Source of the DNA: Camelus ferus
Lineage: Eukaryota
Direction: 5' to 3'
DNA: 64,000 nt
NCBI RefSeq assembly: GCF_009834535.1
Contig: NC_045713.1
Span: 6,758,001 to 6,822,000 of the forward strand
The notes below the pieces were generated by a model. It searched no databases, was not told the origin of the DNA, and saw only the letters and a program-made list of their open reading frames with translations. Both the position numbers and the translations under genes were made by a program. Shown here one piece after another: positions 14,301 to 47,329 of this stretch (positions are counted from its first letter, which is position 1; the number at the start of each line of letters is the position of its first letter).

Positions 14301-16139
14301 TGAAATATCTTAATAAACTTTATCTTAACCACTTCCATCATGACAGATCCTATGACAAATGAAAACTGGCCACAGTTGACTGGGAGGTAAATCAAATCTA
14401 GTCCTGTATTAGCTGACTGTAGCTTTTCCGCCAACCATGAGCGGGGAAAAAAAATCACTTTACCTGAGAGACTCCAGATTTCTATGAACATTTTCTTAAT
14501 TATAAATTAATTATACAAATTAATCATAAATTAATAATAATATTAAAGCCTCAAAGATGCCACAGGGATTTTCTTAGGACCTGATGTTTGCTGAATAATC
14601 CTGTGTGCCCAGCTTATAGCCAGAGCTTGATTCTGGCGTCAGACTGAGTCCTCATCACCAGCTCTCCTACTGATGGGGACAGTGAAGCTTGGAGAGGGGC
14701 ACAGAGGTGTTATGAAACAAGGTCATCTGTCAGCTGGCTGATGAGAGATATGAGTTCTAGTCCTGGCTCTGCCCCCATGGGTTGTGTGACCCAAGACAGG
14801 GCCCTGCCTCTCTATCTGGAGAAATCCCTATAAATTCTAGGAGTTAGATCCATGATCAGTAAGGTTTCTCCTGACTAGGGCAGTTTCTGAATCTGACATC
14901 CTGACTGGCATGTGGGAGAGAGCAATGGGAACTGAGAAGGTGAACTTACAGGGGAAGTGAAGCAACATCATTCAATGTTAGCAAAAGGCAAGATGCAGGC
15001 CAGGAATAGAATCACTTTCACCTACAGCGTCCCTTTGATCCTCACCTCTGCATTTTGAGAGATGAAGACATGCATGCACCGGCTCATCCAATTCATCCAG
15101 GCCTCAGTTTATAGAGGTCAATGACTGATCTAGGGTCACCTTGAAATATTTCAATTTCCCAGCTCCAGAGTCAGCTCTCTCTCCTACAATTCCCCTCCCA
15201 CTGAAGCTTCCTGTCTGGGGAGATGGGCCTACACTCAGAACCAACCCTGGGCATGTGAAATGCCACTGCTGTAACAGATGTGCCAGCTCCAACCATCTGT
15301 CCTTTGGCTGGGGAAGGGTGGAGTCTCTTCCAGAGTGGGTATCTGGTGAGCAGAGAATCTTCAGGGGCATTTGGCCATCACAGAGTACCCTCTTCCTCTG
15401 CTGTCTCTGATCTTAATGCTCCCCCACCCCCAAACAAGTAGGTGGGAGTGCCCCCAACACGCACGTATTCATATGCACATATATGCATATGAACACATAT
15501 GCTGACACAAACACATACATACAGGCACACATCTACACACATGCTCACATAAGAGTCTCTCAGCTATGCCAGGCTGTCAAAGCAGCTCTTTCCTTTTTGC
15601 TATCAAAACTGTTGTGAAGGTGGCCTCATGCCAGGAGCCCAGAAGAACCTAGGAGCCTACTCGTAGAAAACCCACTTGCTCGATAAATAACTTGTGAGAA
15701 TAGAGGAAAAGAGAAGGAGAGAGAAAGGAAGCTAAAGCTGATTAGCTGAGCACCATGTGTGAACGTGTGTACATGTGTGTACACGTGTATATGTATAAGG
15801 CTCAGGCACCAGGGGATGAGCGAGGAAAAGAGGGGCCATCAGAAAGACAAAGGTGGAAACAAACAGGGAGACACACCCTATCCTGGACCTCTCCCTCTCT
15901 TTCTTCCCTTCCTTCCCTCCCCAGTGAGTTCATTCAGTCCTGGATATGGCTAAACCGTGCTCAGGAGCCTGAGAAGGGACAGCTCTCCGTGACTATGGCG
16001 CCCTCTCCTCTATCCTATTCTAAAAAGTAGGGAGCAGGGGCCCCATCGGTCATCCTGCAGAGTCCTGGTCTCCGGATGGACAAGGTCTCTATCTCTTGCG
16101 TACTCCTGCTCTCTGCCTGCCTATCCCTTAGAGCTGACC

Positions 16140-16392
16140 TCGAGGTCTTTGCTCCAGCCAATCCGCTCCCCGCCGCCTGAGGTTGAGGTGTCTGCCCCTT
16201 TAAAGCAGCTGCCCCCGGCCAGGTTATTGTCTCGCCTCTCAGCCAATCGGCGGAGCCGTTGGGGGCGGGGGATCCGGCCTCCCGATTGGCCGCCCCGCGC
16301 CCCGCCCCGCCTGGGATCGCGGGAGCTGTCCGGCCGCCCCGGTGCTGATCCCGCCGACGCCCACGGGCCGCGAGCAGCGCTGAGAGGGCACT
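16140..16392 (+). promoter_or_regulatory. ACTL6B: ACTL6B promoter/5'UTR: CCAAT boxes, GC boxes, split RE1
   Basis: CpG island; ccaat at ~16158 and ~16243, attgg ~16285, ggggcgggg and ccccgcccc; RE1 half-sites 16322-16349. Confidence 0.75.
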
Positions 16393-26493
<10,101 letters not shown>

Positions 26494-27959
26494 GCGCGCC
26501 CCCTCCCCACCCGCAGGCCTGCCTGCCTGCCTGCCGCGGTGGGGGAGGGGACGCGAAAGGCTGAAGAGGGTTTCCCCCGCCTGTACTCCGCAAGCGCAGA
26601 TCGAAGTCCCCAACGCTCCCATCGCCCCCTTTTCTTCCCCTTCCCACTCGTCCTCTTAGATTGTGATGTTTCTGGGTTAAAAGGAGTAAAAATGTTTTAA
26701 GATAAAAAAAAAAGTTTGGTCTCTTTGAGGGTGGGCAGTTGGGGCAGGGCTCTGGAGGGAAGAGAAGGGAGGATCACACCTACATCCATTCGGAATCGCC
26801 CGGTGGACGCCAGGGCAAGGTCTGCGGGCTGGGACAGAGCCGCAGGAGCCACGGTTGCCTCAGGTTTCAAAGGGAGGATCGGGCAGCGCGAACGGGTAGA
26901 GCCGTTCAATAAGGCCCCTTACGAGGAACCGAGTTGGGGCGGGATATGAGTGCGGGAGGGAGGATGGGGCAGCTGGGACTGGACGGAGCTGAAGGCCAGC
27001 CTTAGAGGCGGGGCCTGCGCGGGGCTGGAGTTGGGATCTGGCGTGGGCGGGGCCTCGGGCTTCGGCGAGGCCGCACCTAAGCACCCCCGGACCCACAGCT
27101 CAGGTGAGCCGGGACTGCGCTGTCTTTTCCCAGGGCTAGGCAGTGACAAAGTAGGGAGGGAACTAGGGCACTGGTGCCCCGGCAACTCAGAACTTCTCTC
27201 CCAACTTGGGTAGGAACCGAGGTTTGCCAGGGAGACCCGACACCCGGCCCTTGAACCCTTCTATTCTAGAGCCACTTGCCCTAGGGTCTTCCAAGGGGCT
27301 TAGGGACCTGCGCTCCCTGCCTGAAATTGTACGTAAAACTTAGCAGTTTGTGCCTGTGATGTGTTCTGAGGTCCCCAGACCCCAAAGAAGTAGAAACCCA
27401 TTGGTCCAAGTCCTTTGGTCACCAAAGAGGCACAGGTGCTCAGAGAGGACCATGACTTGTCCAGCGTTACCCAGCTTTGCCCACGCCTTGGCCAGGACTC
27501 TTTCCACCCATGGCTGGTGGGCCCTGACCTACAGAGATCCCTGACTCCAGGCAGGACCCCCTTCCTGGAGTACTCATTGACCCTGCCTGACCATGTGCTC
27601 CCTCCCACCCATGAACTTCCCTTCCCAGCAGCCAGCAGGAGCCTGGACCCCCTTTTCAGCCAGATTCCAGTAGGACAGACACCCACATGGCCAGACCAAA
27701 CTCCAGGCCACACTACTGTGGCCCCTTCAGCTAGAAACTGCACAGGGCCTGGAGTCCAGAGAGGGAAGAGCTAACATTTTACAGGGCTTGGGTACTGGGG
27801 ATCCTGCAAGCCAGATGAGGAAGGGGCAGAGATGTTCATAGTGGAGCGCTTAGGAACGGGTCCCCAAGGGCCCCGGGAGGGGAGGAAGCAGGAGGAGGGA
27901 GGGGGCATCCATATCTCTGCCCTGATCAGCCATGAGCCCTCCTCCCCCACCATTGTCGG

Positions 27960-28264
27960 GAACTAGAGGCCAAAGTCTGCCCCAAGGTCAAAAAATTGAT
28001 TGTTTTGCAGGAAGGGGGCAGGAGTGGGACCGTGGAGGGATTGGCAGGGAGGCACAGTCCCTCGTCCTCTAGCCTGGGCTGGGGGGCCACGTCTGGAAGG
28101 CTGTACTGAAGCCAGGACTGTGCCCCCACCCTGGGAGGGGGGAGGTGAGGAAGGGCCTGGGCTCAGGCTGCCTGCCAGGGCTGATAAGGGGCCTCTCAGG
28201 GCTCCCACAAACGGTTTATCACTGTAGGGGAGACAGCCTGCAGGGCTCAGGAGGGGGGACGAGC
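27960..28264 (+). promoter_or_regulatory. TFR2: TFR2 proximal promoter (HNF4-like, NR5A-like, HNF6-like and GATA motifs)
   Basis: gaggccaaagtct 27966-27978, ccaaggtca 27982-27990, attgatt ~27995-28001, TGATAA 28182-28187, TTATCA 28216-28221. Confidence 0.65.
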
Positions 28265-39563
<11,299 letters not shown>

Positions 39564-39983
39564 GGCCCCCACGTGGCCCTGACCCCTGCTGAGAGTACCT
39601 GCTCTTCTCCCTTGAGTGATTTCTGGATGATGGAGGTGCCCGTGCACCTCCCATTGCTGACTCATTTCTTATTAGCCCTTATGGTCCCTCCATGGGGCCC
39701 AGCGATGACGCCAGCGCAGACACCCACACACCCCTGGCCCTGGAATGTCAGTGAGCAGTGGGATGGTCATACTGTCAGATAATCAGAGAGCAGCTCCACT
39801 CCCTCAGTCAGAGCCCCTTCCTCTTCAGGATCGGGGGGTTCCCCCAATACCCAGCTAGAGACCACTTTGGAAGGTTTCATAGGGCCTGGGACCTGGCTAG
39901 CCTTCTTGGTGGGAAAGATGGCTGGAACCATAGCCCCTGATCAACGCATAGCCTGTGGTGGGAAGGGCTGGGATTTGGACCTC

Positions 39984-39989
39984 AATAAA
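39984..39989 (+). terminator. TFR2: TFR2 poly(A) signal AATAAA
   Basis: First canonical hexamer, ~420 nt after the stop codon. Confidence 0.8.
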
Positions 39990-41199
39990 CCACCTTGTGC
40001 CACCTGTTGTTTACAAGCAGTTTTATGTGTCTTCCTCATCCTCACCTCACCCAGTTATCCCTCCCTTAAGACCTTGGGAAGTGTTGGGCAGAAGGGACCA
40101 GAGAGGATGCAAGTGAGAATGCTGTCCCCACAGGGAAAAAAAGCTGTTCCTGTTACCTAAAGACCTAAGGAAACTGAGGAAATTAGGAGGGCCCTTCTCC
40201 AAAGACCACCATGGGGTGGGAGGCTGGCTCTGTACCTTCTCCTGAGACCAGGGATGGCTACATAATTTGCAAGGCCTGGTACAACATGAAAAATGCAGGG
40301 TTTCTTGTTCAAAAACAAGAACAAAGCTTTTTTCTTTCTTCCACTGTCTCTCAACCTGTCCTGGTGGTTTTTAATTTGTTATTTAAGGGCCAGAACCCTC
40401 AGACAAGGAAATAACCCAGAGGCACTCAGGGTTCTGCCCCTCACCTTGGTACAGATAGCACATGTGTCCAACCCGGACCCAGATCCAGACCCGGATCCTC
40501 CCTGTGTCTGCGCCCAGGTCCCTGCTGGGGAAGGAGGATGGCAGCTGTGGTTGGGTAGGGGCAGGGAGCTGACAGGTGAGAACCCATCCAGGTGAGGCAG
40601 GACCCCCAGCACATGCTCCAATGTCTCATCAGACTATACTGCCAAAACATAAGTATGAAGGTAAAATCATTAAAAATTTCAAGACAGAGGCTGCAGAGTA
40701 TTAACTCTCAAGCACAAGGCCCCCTACTTTGGTTACACAGTCATTAGATTGACCCAGCCAGGAACCTCTCTCGCCCACAGGGACCCTTTGGCCAGTCTTT
40801 GCCCAGTGAGGTGGAAGCTGCAGGAAAGCAGGGAATTACAGGTGCTGCTGGTACTGCTTTCCTTTTAATCATAGTCTCAGGAGGCTGCAGCCCTGGTTCT
40901 CACTTCCTGGCAGCTGCATAAATCCTAGGGTTCCTCAGTCCTCTCGTACGGTGTGACAGGTCCTAGCCCGCTCCTCAGGATGCTGGGAAGAGAAGGTTTC
41001 TTAGTTATGGATGCTGCTGCATTCCAGGATGAAACTGCCCCCTCCTTACCCCTTTGAGTCTGACTTGGTGGGTTCTCAGGAGCCTGGACTGAGGGTCAGA
41101 AGCCTCCTTGGCTCTTTGTTTCTCTGATACGCTGTCCAGCACAAATTCTCTGAAGTCATTTCTCAACCCTTCTCCACCTTGTCCATTTGCTCCCTGTAG

Positions 41200-42130
41200 T
41201 ATACAGAGTAAAGTTCTGGACAAAGAGATCCACATCCCAATCCCTGAAATCTGAGTGAATGTTACCTTAAATGNNNNNNNNNNNNNNNNNNNNNNNNNNN
41301 NNNNNNNNNNNNNNNNNNNNNNNNNNNNNNNNNNNNNNNNNNNNNNNNNNNNNNNNNNNNNNNNNNNNNNNNNNNNNNNNNNNNNNNNNNNNNNNNNNNN
41401 NNNNNNNNNNNNNNNNNNNNNNNNNNNNNNNNNNNNNGTGGGCCTAATCCAGTCTGACTGGTGTCCTTACAAGAAGAGAAAAATTGGATGCAAAGAGAAA
41501 CACCAGGGAAGTGTGTGCAGAGGGGAAAGACTACGAGAGGACATAGGGAGAAAGGGACTATCTGCAAGCCAAGGAGAGAGCCTTCAGGAAAAATCAAACT
41601 CGCTGACACCTTGATCTTGGACACTAGCCTTCAGACCTGTGAGGAAATTAATTTCTGTTTTTTTAAGCCAATGAGTCTGTGTCAACCTTAGCAAACTAAC
41701 ACAGGCTGATTATCCTGGATTGCAGGCGTGGGGGAGGTCATCACTAGGGTTCTTATTAAAGGAGGCAGGAGGATCAGAGACAGAGAAAGGAGATGTGACA
41801 ACAGAAGCAAAGGGTCAGAGTCAGAGAGAAATTTGCAGATGCTACACACTTTTTTTTTTTTTTGACTCAACACAACGATCATTTGTTATTTCCATGCTTG
41901 GCTTTAAAGATGAAGGAAGGGGTCACGACCCAAGGAATGCAGATGGCCTCCAGAAGCTGGAAAAGTCAAGGAAACATTCTCCCCTAGGTGCCTCCAGAAG
42001 GAACCAGCCCTGTTGACACCTTGATTTCATCCCCAGAAGACTCATTTTGGAGTTCAGACCCCTAGAACTGTAAGAGGATTAATTTATGTAGTTTTAAGCC
42101 ACCAGTCTGTGATAAACAGTTATGCAGACA
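41200..42130 (+). mobile_element. MaLR LTRs: MLT1A/B-like LTR nested inside an MLT1D-like LTR
   Basis: MLT1D-like start (atccctgaaatctgagtgaatgttacctta) resumes at ~41701 (gattatcctggatt...agaagctggaaaag...tttaagcc); the intervening 41438-41700 has its own MLT1 terminus (...agcaaactaacaca). Confidence 0.7.
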
Positions 42131-42199
42131 CAGGAAGCTAATACCCACACATCCAACTACTTGCAAGCTCAGTACTGTTTTCTAACAAATTTACTTATT

Positions 42200-43400
42200 A
42201 AAAAAAAATCTGTGTCCCAAGTCCCCTGCCACCCCCACCAGTAGCTGCCCCTACATAGCTTTGTTTCAGGAAGCCTCCTGATTCCACTGGCAACAAGGCC
42301 TTTTCACAGCAAATACTGTTAGCGGATGGAGGGACCCCTAAATTAGGAGGCCCACCAAAGTGAGTGTCCTTGCTGCCAACTGCAAAAGAATTCACACAGC
42401 GGAGGCAGACGGATGAAATGAACAGCCGCTTTATTGCTCAGAAAGGGAAATGGAAAGTGCTCATGTCGGGAGAAGGGAAGTAAAGCTCTTGAGTGAGGAA
42501 GAGGTGCTCAAGCAGGGGAGCCATCAGCCAAGATGGGTGGTGGTTGTCATGGCAATCGTCAACTGTCATGGCGCTGATGGGTGTGTCACTTAGCATGCTA
42601 ATACATAACAATGAGCGAATAATGAGGCTCAAGGTCCACTGAAGTCAAATCCTCCACCATCTTGGACTGGGTGGGTTCTAACCAGTTCTTGTTTCTTCTC
42701 TGCTGCTGCCTCCTGAGACTTAGATAAGACTAATTAATTCCTATTTGAGGGAGGAGCAGGGCTATAATCCTGAGGACAACAGCCTTGGTAACAAAAAGGA
42801 AAGTTGCTTTTAATCAGAATGCCTGCAATCTGGTGGGCCCAGCATCCTCTCAAAAAACCATCTCCAAAAATTTTGTCCAGCCGTGAGTTTTAAAGGACAA
42901 TGAAGGAATAATCTCAGTTACTCATTGAGATAGGTGGTCAGAGTCGTCGCCATCCCCCAGTGCCTGCCGACTTGTCCTCATCAACTGCTTGAGCCCGCTC
43001 TTCTGTAACTCGGGGAGGCCTGGGAGACTTCAGCTCTTCTACAAACAAGAGACGAGGCTGGGACGGGGGGTTCAAAGGGTCCTGCTCCCTTTCAATACCA
43101 GCAAAATCTCTCATGTGTGATACCTCAAGTACCTTTTTGGGATCCCGGGCACAGCCAGCCCAGTGTGAATGGTTAGCACTCAGACACACTAATTTGGTGA
43201 GGGGTTTGCTGGGCAGTGGAGAGAGCCCTCCTCACTTCCCAGACACAGGCTGCAGAGCCATTCTCTGCCCACTGGGGCCAGCAAGGGTGTGGGAGGGACA
43301 AGACTTCCAGGGCAGTGAGGCAGCTCCCAAGGCCCCTGAAGTAAGCTGGAGCGACTGATAACCTTCCAGCAGCATAACAGACTGAGTCTGCCTTAATGTT
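42200..43400 (-). mobile_element. ERV1-like LTR relic(s)
   Basis: LTR-like composition with a minus-strand AATAAA (gcttttattgc ~42430) and a second LTR-like block from ~42790; family not identified. Confidence 0.5.
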
Positions 43401-44115
43401 ATCTTGCTGATTTTTGTCCCCAATCCACAATCTGCCAGTCACTGGCTGCCCTTCTTCCTTTCCTCCCGTTTGCCCTGCATGTGAAGGAGAGCTGGAAGCC
43501 TGCCTTTCAAGGAGCCTATTCTTTGCCTTTGCCTTAATTGCTCCTGCCCGGTGAGGCTGAGGTTATGTCAGGCAGTGCCATTTCCCCCTCATCTTGGCAG
43601 GGGCCTTGGTGTTTTGGACCCACAGGGGTTGAAGTCAAAGGATGAGACAAAATAAAAGCAGATGAAGGGACAAAAGGCAGAAGAGGATTCTGGGGATGGG
43701 AAGCCTCCAGGCAACCCTGGCAAGAGGCTCTGATGGCTCAAGACCATGAGACCTGAGTTCTATAGCAGGTGGGAGCAGGTGGTATTTGTTTGTTTCTTTT
43801 TAGCTTAGGTCTGCTGGCTTTGCGACAGGACCCTATCCCTAGGGGGTAGGGCTAAGGGAGATCTTAAAAATCAACTTTCCCAATTCCCTCCTTTTAGAGG
43901 CAGAAACTGAAGCTCAGAAGAATTTAAATAACTTCCTCAAGATCACATTTTTTTTTCAGTGCAGCCCCAGGCCCAGGACCCAGTTCTTCTTAATTAACCC
44001 TCCCTGGGCCTCTTCACTGTCCCAGGTGCTGGGTCCCCTGGGAGTAGGAGGAACTGGAGAAAAGAAGTAGGAAGAAAGGGACATTTCCCTACAATTCTCA
44101 GTTCAATTTTACAAA

Positions 44116-44126
44116 TTTATTTTATT
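44116..44126 (-). terminator. MOSPD3: MOSPD3 overlapping tandem poly(A) signals (AATAAAATAAA)
   Basis: + strand tttattttatt ~170 nt past the stop. Confidence 0.8.
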
Positions 44127-44293
44127 CAACTTGGAAAATGAATACAAATCCCTGGGTTTTGGGGGTGGGGTAAGGGCAGGAAGGAGGAAGAAGGAAGCAG
44201 GAGCTGAGGCAAGGTTATGAGCATCACAGTGGCTGTCTCATGTCCAGGTCCATGTCCCTGCCCAGGGAGGGGGCTGGAGGTTAAGCTTGGAGC

Positions 44294-46148
44294 TCAGGTC
44301 CGGAGGAACACCATGGTCAGGAGGCCTGGATGGGAAGAAAGAGCAAGGTTGTATGTGCAGCCCAGGGGCTCTGTGAGCTTTCTTTCCAGCCACCACTCCC
44401 CTCTCTCTCTGGGGCTGGATCCCCTGCCACCCTGCCACCACTGTGCTTACCCAAGACGTAGGCTGCCACCAACTTTTGTCCCAGGGAGACGTGCAGGATT
44501 TGGGGCAGCTGGCTGCCGAGTTCATCCTGGAGCGGGAGAAGCAGGAAGGCCACAGAGACTATGCCCGTCAGCAAGAAGAGGAGGAAGGAGCTGGTGGCTA
44601 GTTGAGGGTGGGGATCTGGGAAAAAAAGGCCCATCAGAAGCCAGCCCCAACTCCTGTCCAGCCCAAGGCCCTCCAGGGAGGAGGCTGAGGATGGAAGGTG
44701 TACCCACTTATTATTGGACACAGGTGGTGTCCTCTCCTCCCTGGAGCCTCTGTCCTCACAGCCACAAGAAACCCTCTTCCCTTTTGTCCCTCAGCATCTT
44801 TTCTCTTTCTTCACTCTGCCCTGATTACTGGCTCCTGTGTACCAACCTGTCAGGCAGGGACCTCTGTCTTCCATATATACACACACCTTGGTACAGCATC
44901 ATGGCTCAATACAGGTTTTTTATTGGGCTGAACTGAGCTGACTTCAGGGAAGTCATGAAGTCAGAGCTAAGGGGGGAATTTTCCCTCAAGTGGAAGCCAG
45001 AAACCAAGGAAACTGCAAAGTCTGCTTTTTTCCATAACCTGATATAAAAATCTCAACTTCTAGGAATGTTTTCATCCAAACACAAAGAACTGAACCAGAT
45101 TTCTTCAACTCGAGTGGAGCTCATCTCTAGCATCATGCTAGGTCCTCCCTCCGTTAGGCTAGGTCCTCCCTCCAGGCATAACTCAAGAATTCCCATGCCC
45201 AAACTCACTTTCTGGGAAGTGTTGGGCCGTGGGTGGTGCTGTCCAGGAAGGAGGCCCTGGGTGGGGTGTTGGGTCAGGCTGTCCCTGAAGCTTAAGGGGG
45301 TATGCAGGGGCCCTCAGAACCGAGGTGATGTCCTTGCGCCCCACCACACGGCCCTCTGTTCCCTCCTCAGACAGCTCAATGCGGAAGCGGTCCTGGACGT
45401 CATAATGGCTGGGATTAGGGGCCACGTGGCGAATCACACTGGTCCCAAAGAAAGGAGAGAGGCCCATTGAGGGGCAGTGAGTGAGAGGCAGTGATCCAAG
45501 TGGATCCAGGTCCCACTCCCAGGAAATTTTCCCTTAAGGACGCAGACAGAGGGTGGGGAAAATAGGTTGAAGAGGACCGGGTCTCAGACTTAAGACCACA
45601 GCACAGTAATTCAGAGAAAGGTGGCAGCGACCCCTGGCTTCCATCAGCCTCCCCACCCTTCCAACTCACATGTCAATGCAGGATTGAGGCTTCACATATC
45701 CTTCCGCGTCAAACACTGTGTATTTGGCAGGTGCTGTGCACAGGACTGGAAAGGAAAAGACACACATAGACCGACTATTGCCTCAGAGACCCTGCACAAG
45801 CCCCGTCCCTGAAGTCCCCCTTGCCTTCTACCCCAGGGCTGGACATCCGACCATACTCATCTGACTGCTCCAGCCTACACAAGCTCCCCAGTGTTCTGTC
45901 GCCAGTCCCCAGATCCCTAGCACGAGGCGCCCATCCCCTTCACCTCGGAAGCGAAGCGCTGCTCCCGTGGGGTTATAGAGGGTCAGCAGCTGCCGGGGTC
46001 CGCTCCGCTGGTCCGCCCTGAATACTAGATCCGGGGGAAAGACGAGAACCGGGACAACAGGTCCCGAGAGAGGAGGGGCGCCCCGGGACCCCCGCCCAGG
46101 AGCCCCCGAACCCACCAGCTCCTGGTCCTGGGGCGCCCCACGGCGCAT
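44294..46148 (-). CDS. MOSPD3: Motile sperm domain-containing protein 3, 235 aa
   Basis: Exons 45944-46148, 45670-45745, 45209-45438, 44451-44615, 44294-44325 (TGA); total 708 nt. [13 protein letters not shown]...MSP domain...C-terminal TM helices LLTMVFLRT*. Confidence 0.97.
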
Positions 46149-46900
46149 GCACGCTCTGGGCGGTGGAACATCCGAGGGCAGAGCTCAAGGGACAGGGCCT
46201 GGAGTATAGAGCTGAGGGGAGAGAAGGGCGAAAGGGAACCGGATGAGATCTTAGGGCAGGGCCTGGACCGATGCCGCCGCCGCCGCCTCGGAATCCCGCT
46301 AGATGAGGCCCCCGCAGACCAGGCACAGGCCCCCCAAACTCTTTCTCTCTTCAGCTCTGCCCTAGGTCCCTTTAGGCCCCGCCCCCAACCCGTACCTCGA
46401 TGGTCACGCCCACCCCGTAAACCCTGCCCCTCGAGGCTCGCAGCCCCGGCCCTTGTCTTCAGCCCAGGTTCCAGAGCTCCATAAGCCCCGCCCCACCGCA
46501 GCCCCCGCCCCTTCCGGGCGTCCCGGGAAACCCGCCCCCTCGCTCTGGCCAGACTCTGCTGCCTGACGCAGCGGCCTCTTCCGGAGCTGCCCTTTCCGCC
46601 GAGACCTGTATCTGTCCCTCCCTGAGCTGGAGCCCACGGTCCTTCGGGCTTCCATCTCCGAACGGCCTCTTGTGCTATGAAGCTCACCTTCTGGTCACAG
46701 CATCTGCCAATCAACCTGTGGATGGACCAGGGCTGCCATCTTCCCGGGAGACCGTTTCTGCTCTTTCGCCGTACGGCCTCTGTCATTGGCCAGGACGGCC
46801 TCGTTTCAGCCGTAAGTATACTCCGATTGGTGCGCTTAAAGAAGTGATTGGCTTGATTCCAGTGACGTAAAATTTTACGAGCGTCTGTGGCTAGAACGCT
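46149..46900 (-). promoter_or_regulatory. MOSPD3: MOSPD3 CpG-island promoter with probable non-coding first exon (donor at 46688) and acceptor at 46198
   Basis: Minus-strand AAG|gtgagc donor; ctatactccag acceptor; two CCAAT boxes (~46826, ~46847) and tgacgtaa ~46863. Confidence 0.6.
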
Positions 46901-47329
46901 AACCCTGGAATAAGTAGTTGGGGGACCCTGGTGAGGCTGGGTGTTGGGCTATGTTCCTTCCTTCCCATTCTAAGACAGTCCAGATGACTAGAATCACATC
47001 TCGCAAGGGAGCCCTCTTTCTCCACTTCAATCCCAGGCTCTCTTAGAAGCCTCTGTAGCAACGAAAGCCGCTTTTTATAGTACTAGTTGGGGGTTGCTCC
47101 CTGTTGGCCTACTGCTCTTCTCCTGATTCCTTCCTGCAGGGAACTCGGAAATCAGTCACACTTGCAAATGGAATTAAGATTCAACTCTGCTACTTAAATC
47201 GTCCCACCGAATCTTCAACTCCCTTTACAGCCTAGGAAACAGCCTTGACAAGGTGAAGAATATCACTCCTGGCCCACACATTTGGTTTGCTGTGGAGGAA
47301 AACAAAGTTGTCTGAAAGCCTTCCCTGAG

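Noticed and set aside
14496-14547. AT-rich quasi-tandem repeat (aattaattata-like units)
   Set aside because: Short low-complexity patch with no supporting context.
39740-39770. CAGTGA/CAGTGG hexamers in the TFR2 3'UTR as possible iron-responsive elements
   Set aside because: No bulged C five bases upstream and no complementary 5-bp upper stem; TFR2 is known to lack IREs.
42543-42556. X-box-like GTTGTCATGGCAAT
   Set aside because: Two mismatches, single copy, inside an LTR relic.
44217-44936. 239-aa + strand ORF
   Set aside because: Antisense shadow of MOSPD3 exons 4-5.
46025-46786. 253-aa minus-strand ORF overlapping the MOSPD3 start out of frame
   Set aside because: Crosses the probable 5'UTR intron (46199-46687); GC-rich with no recognisable motif.
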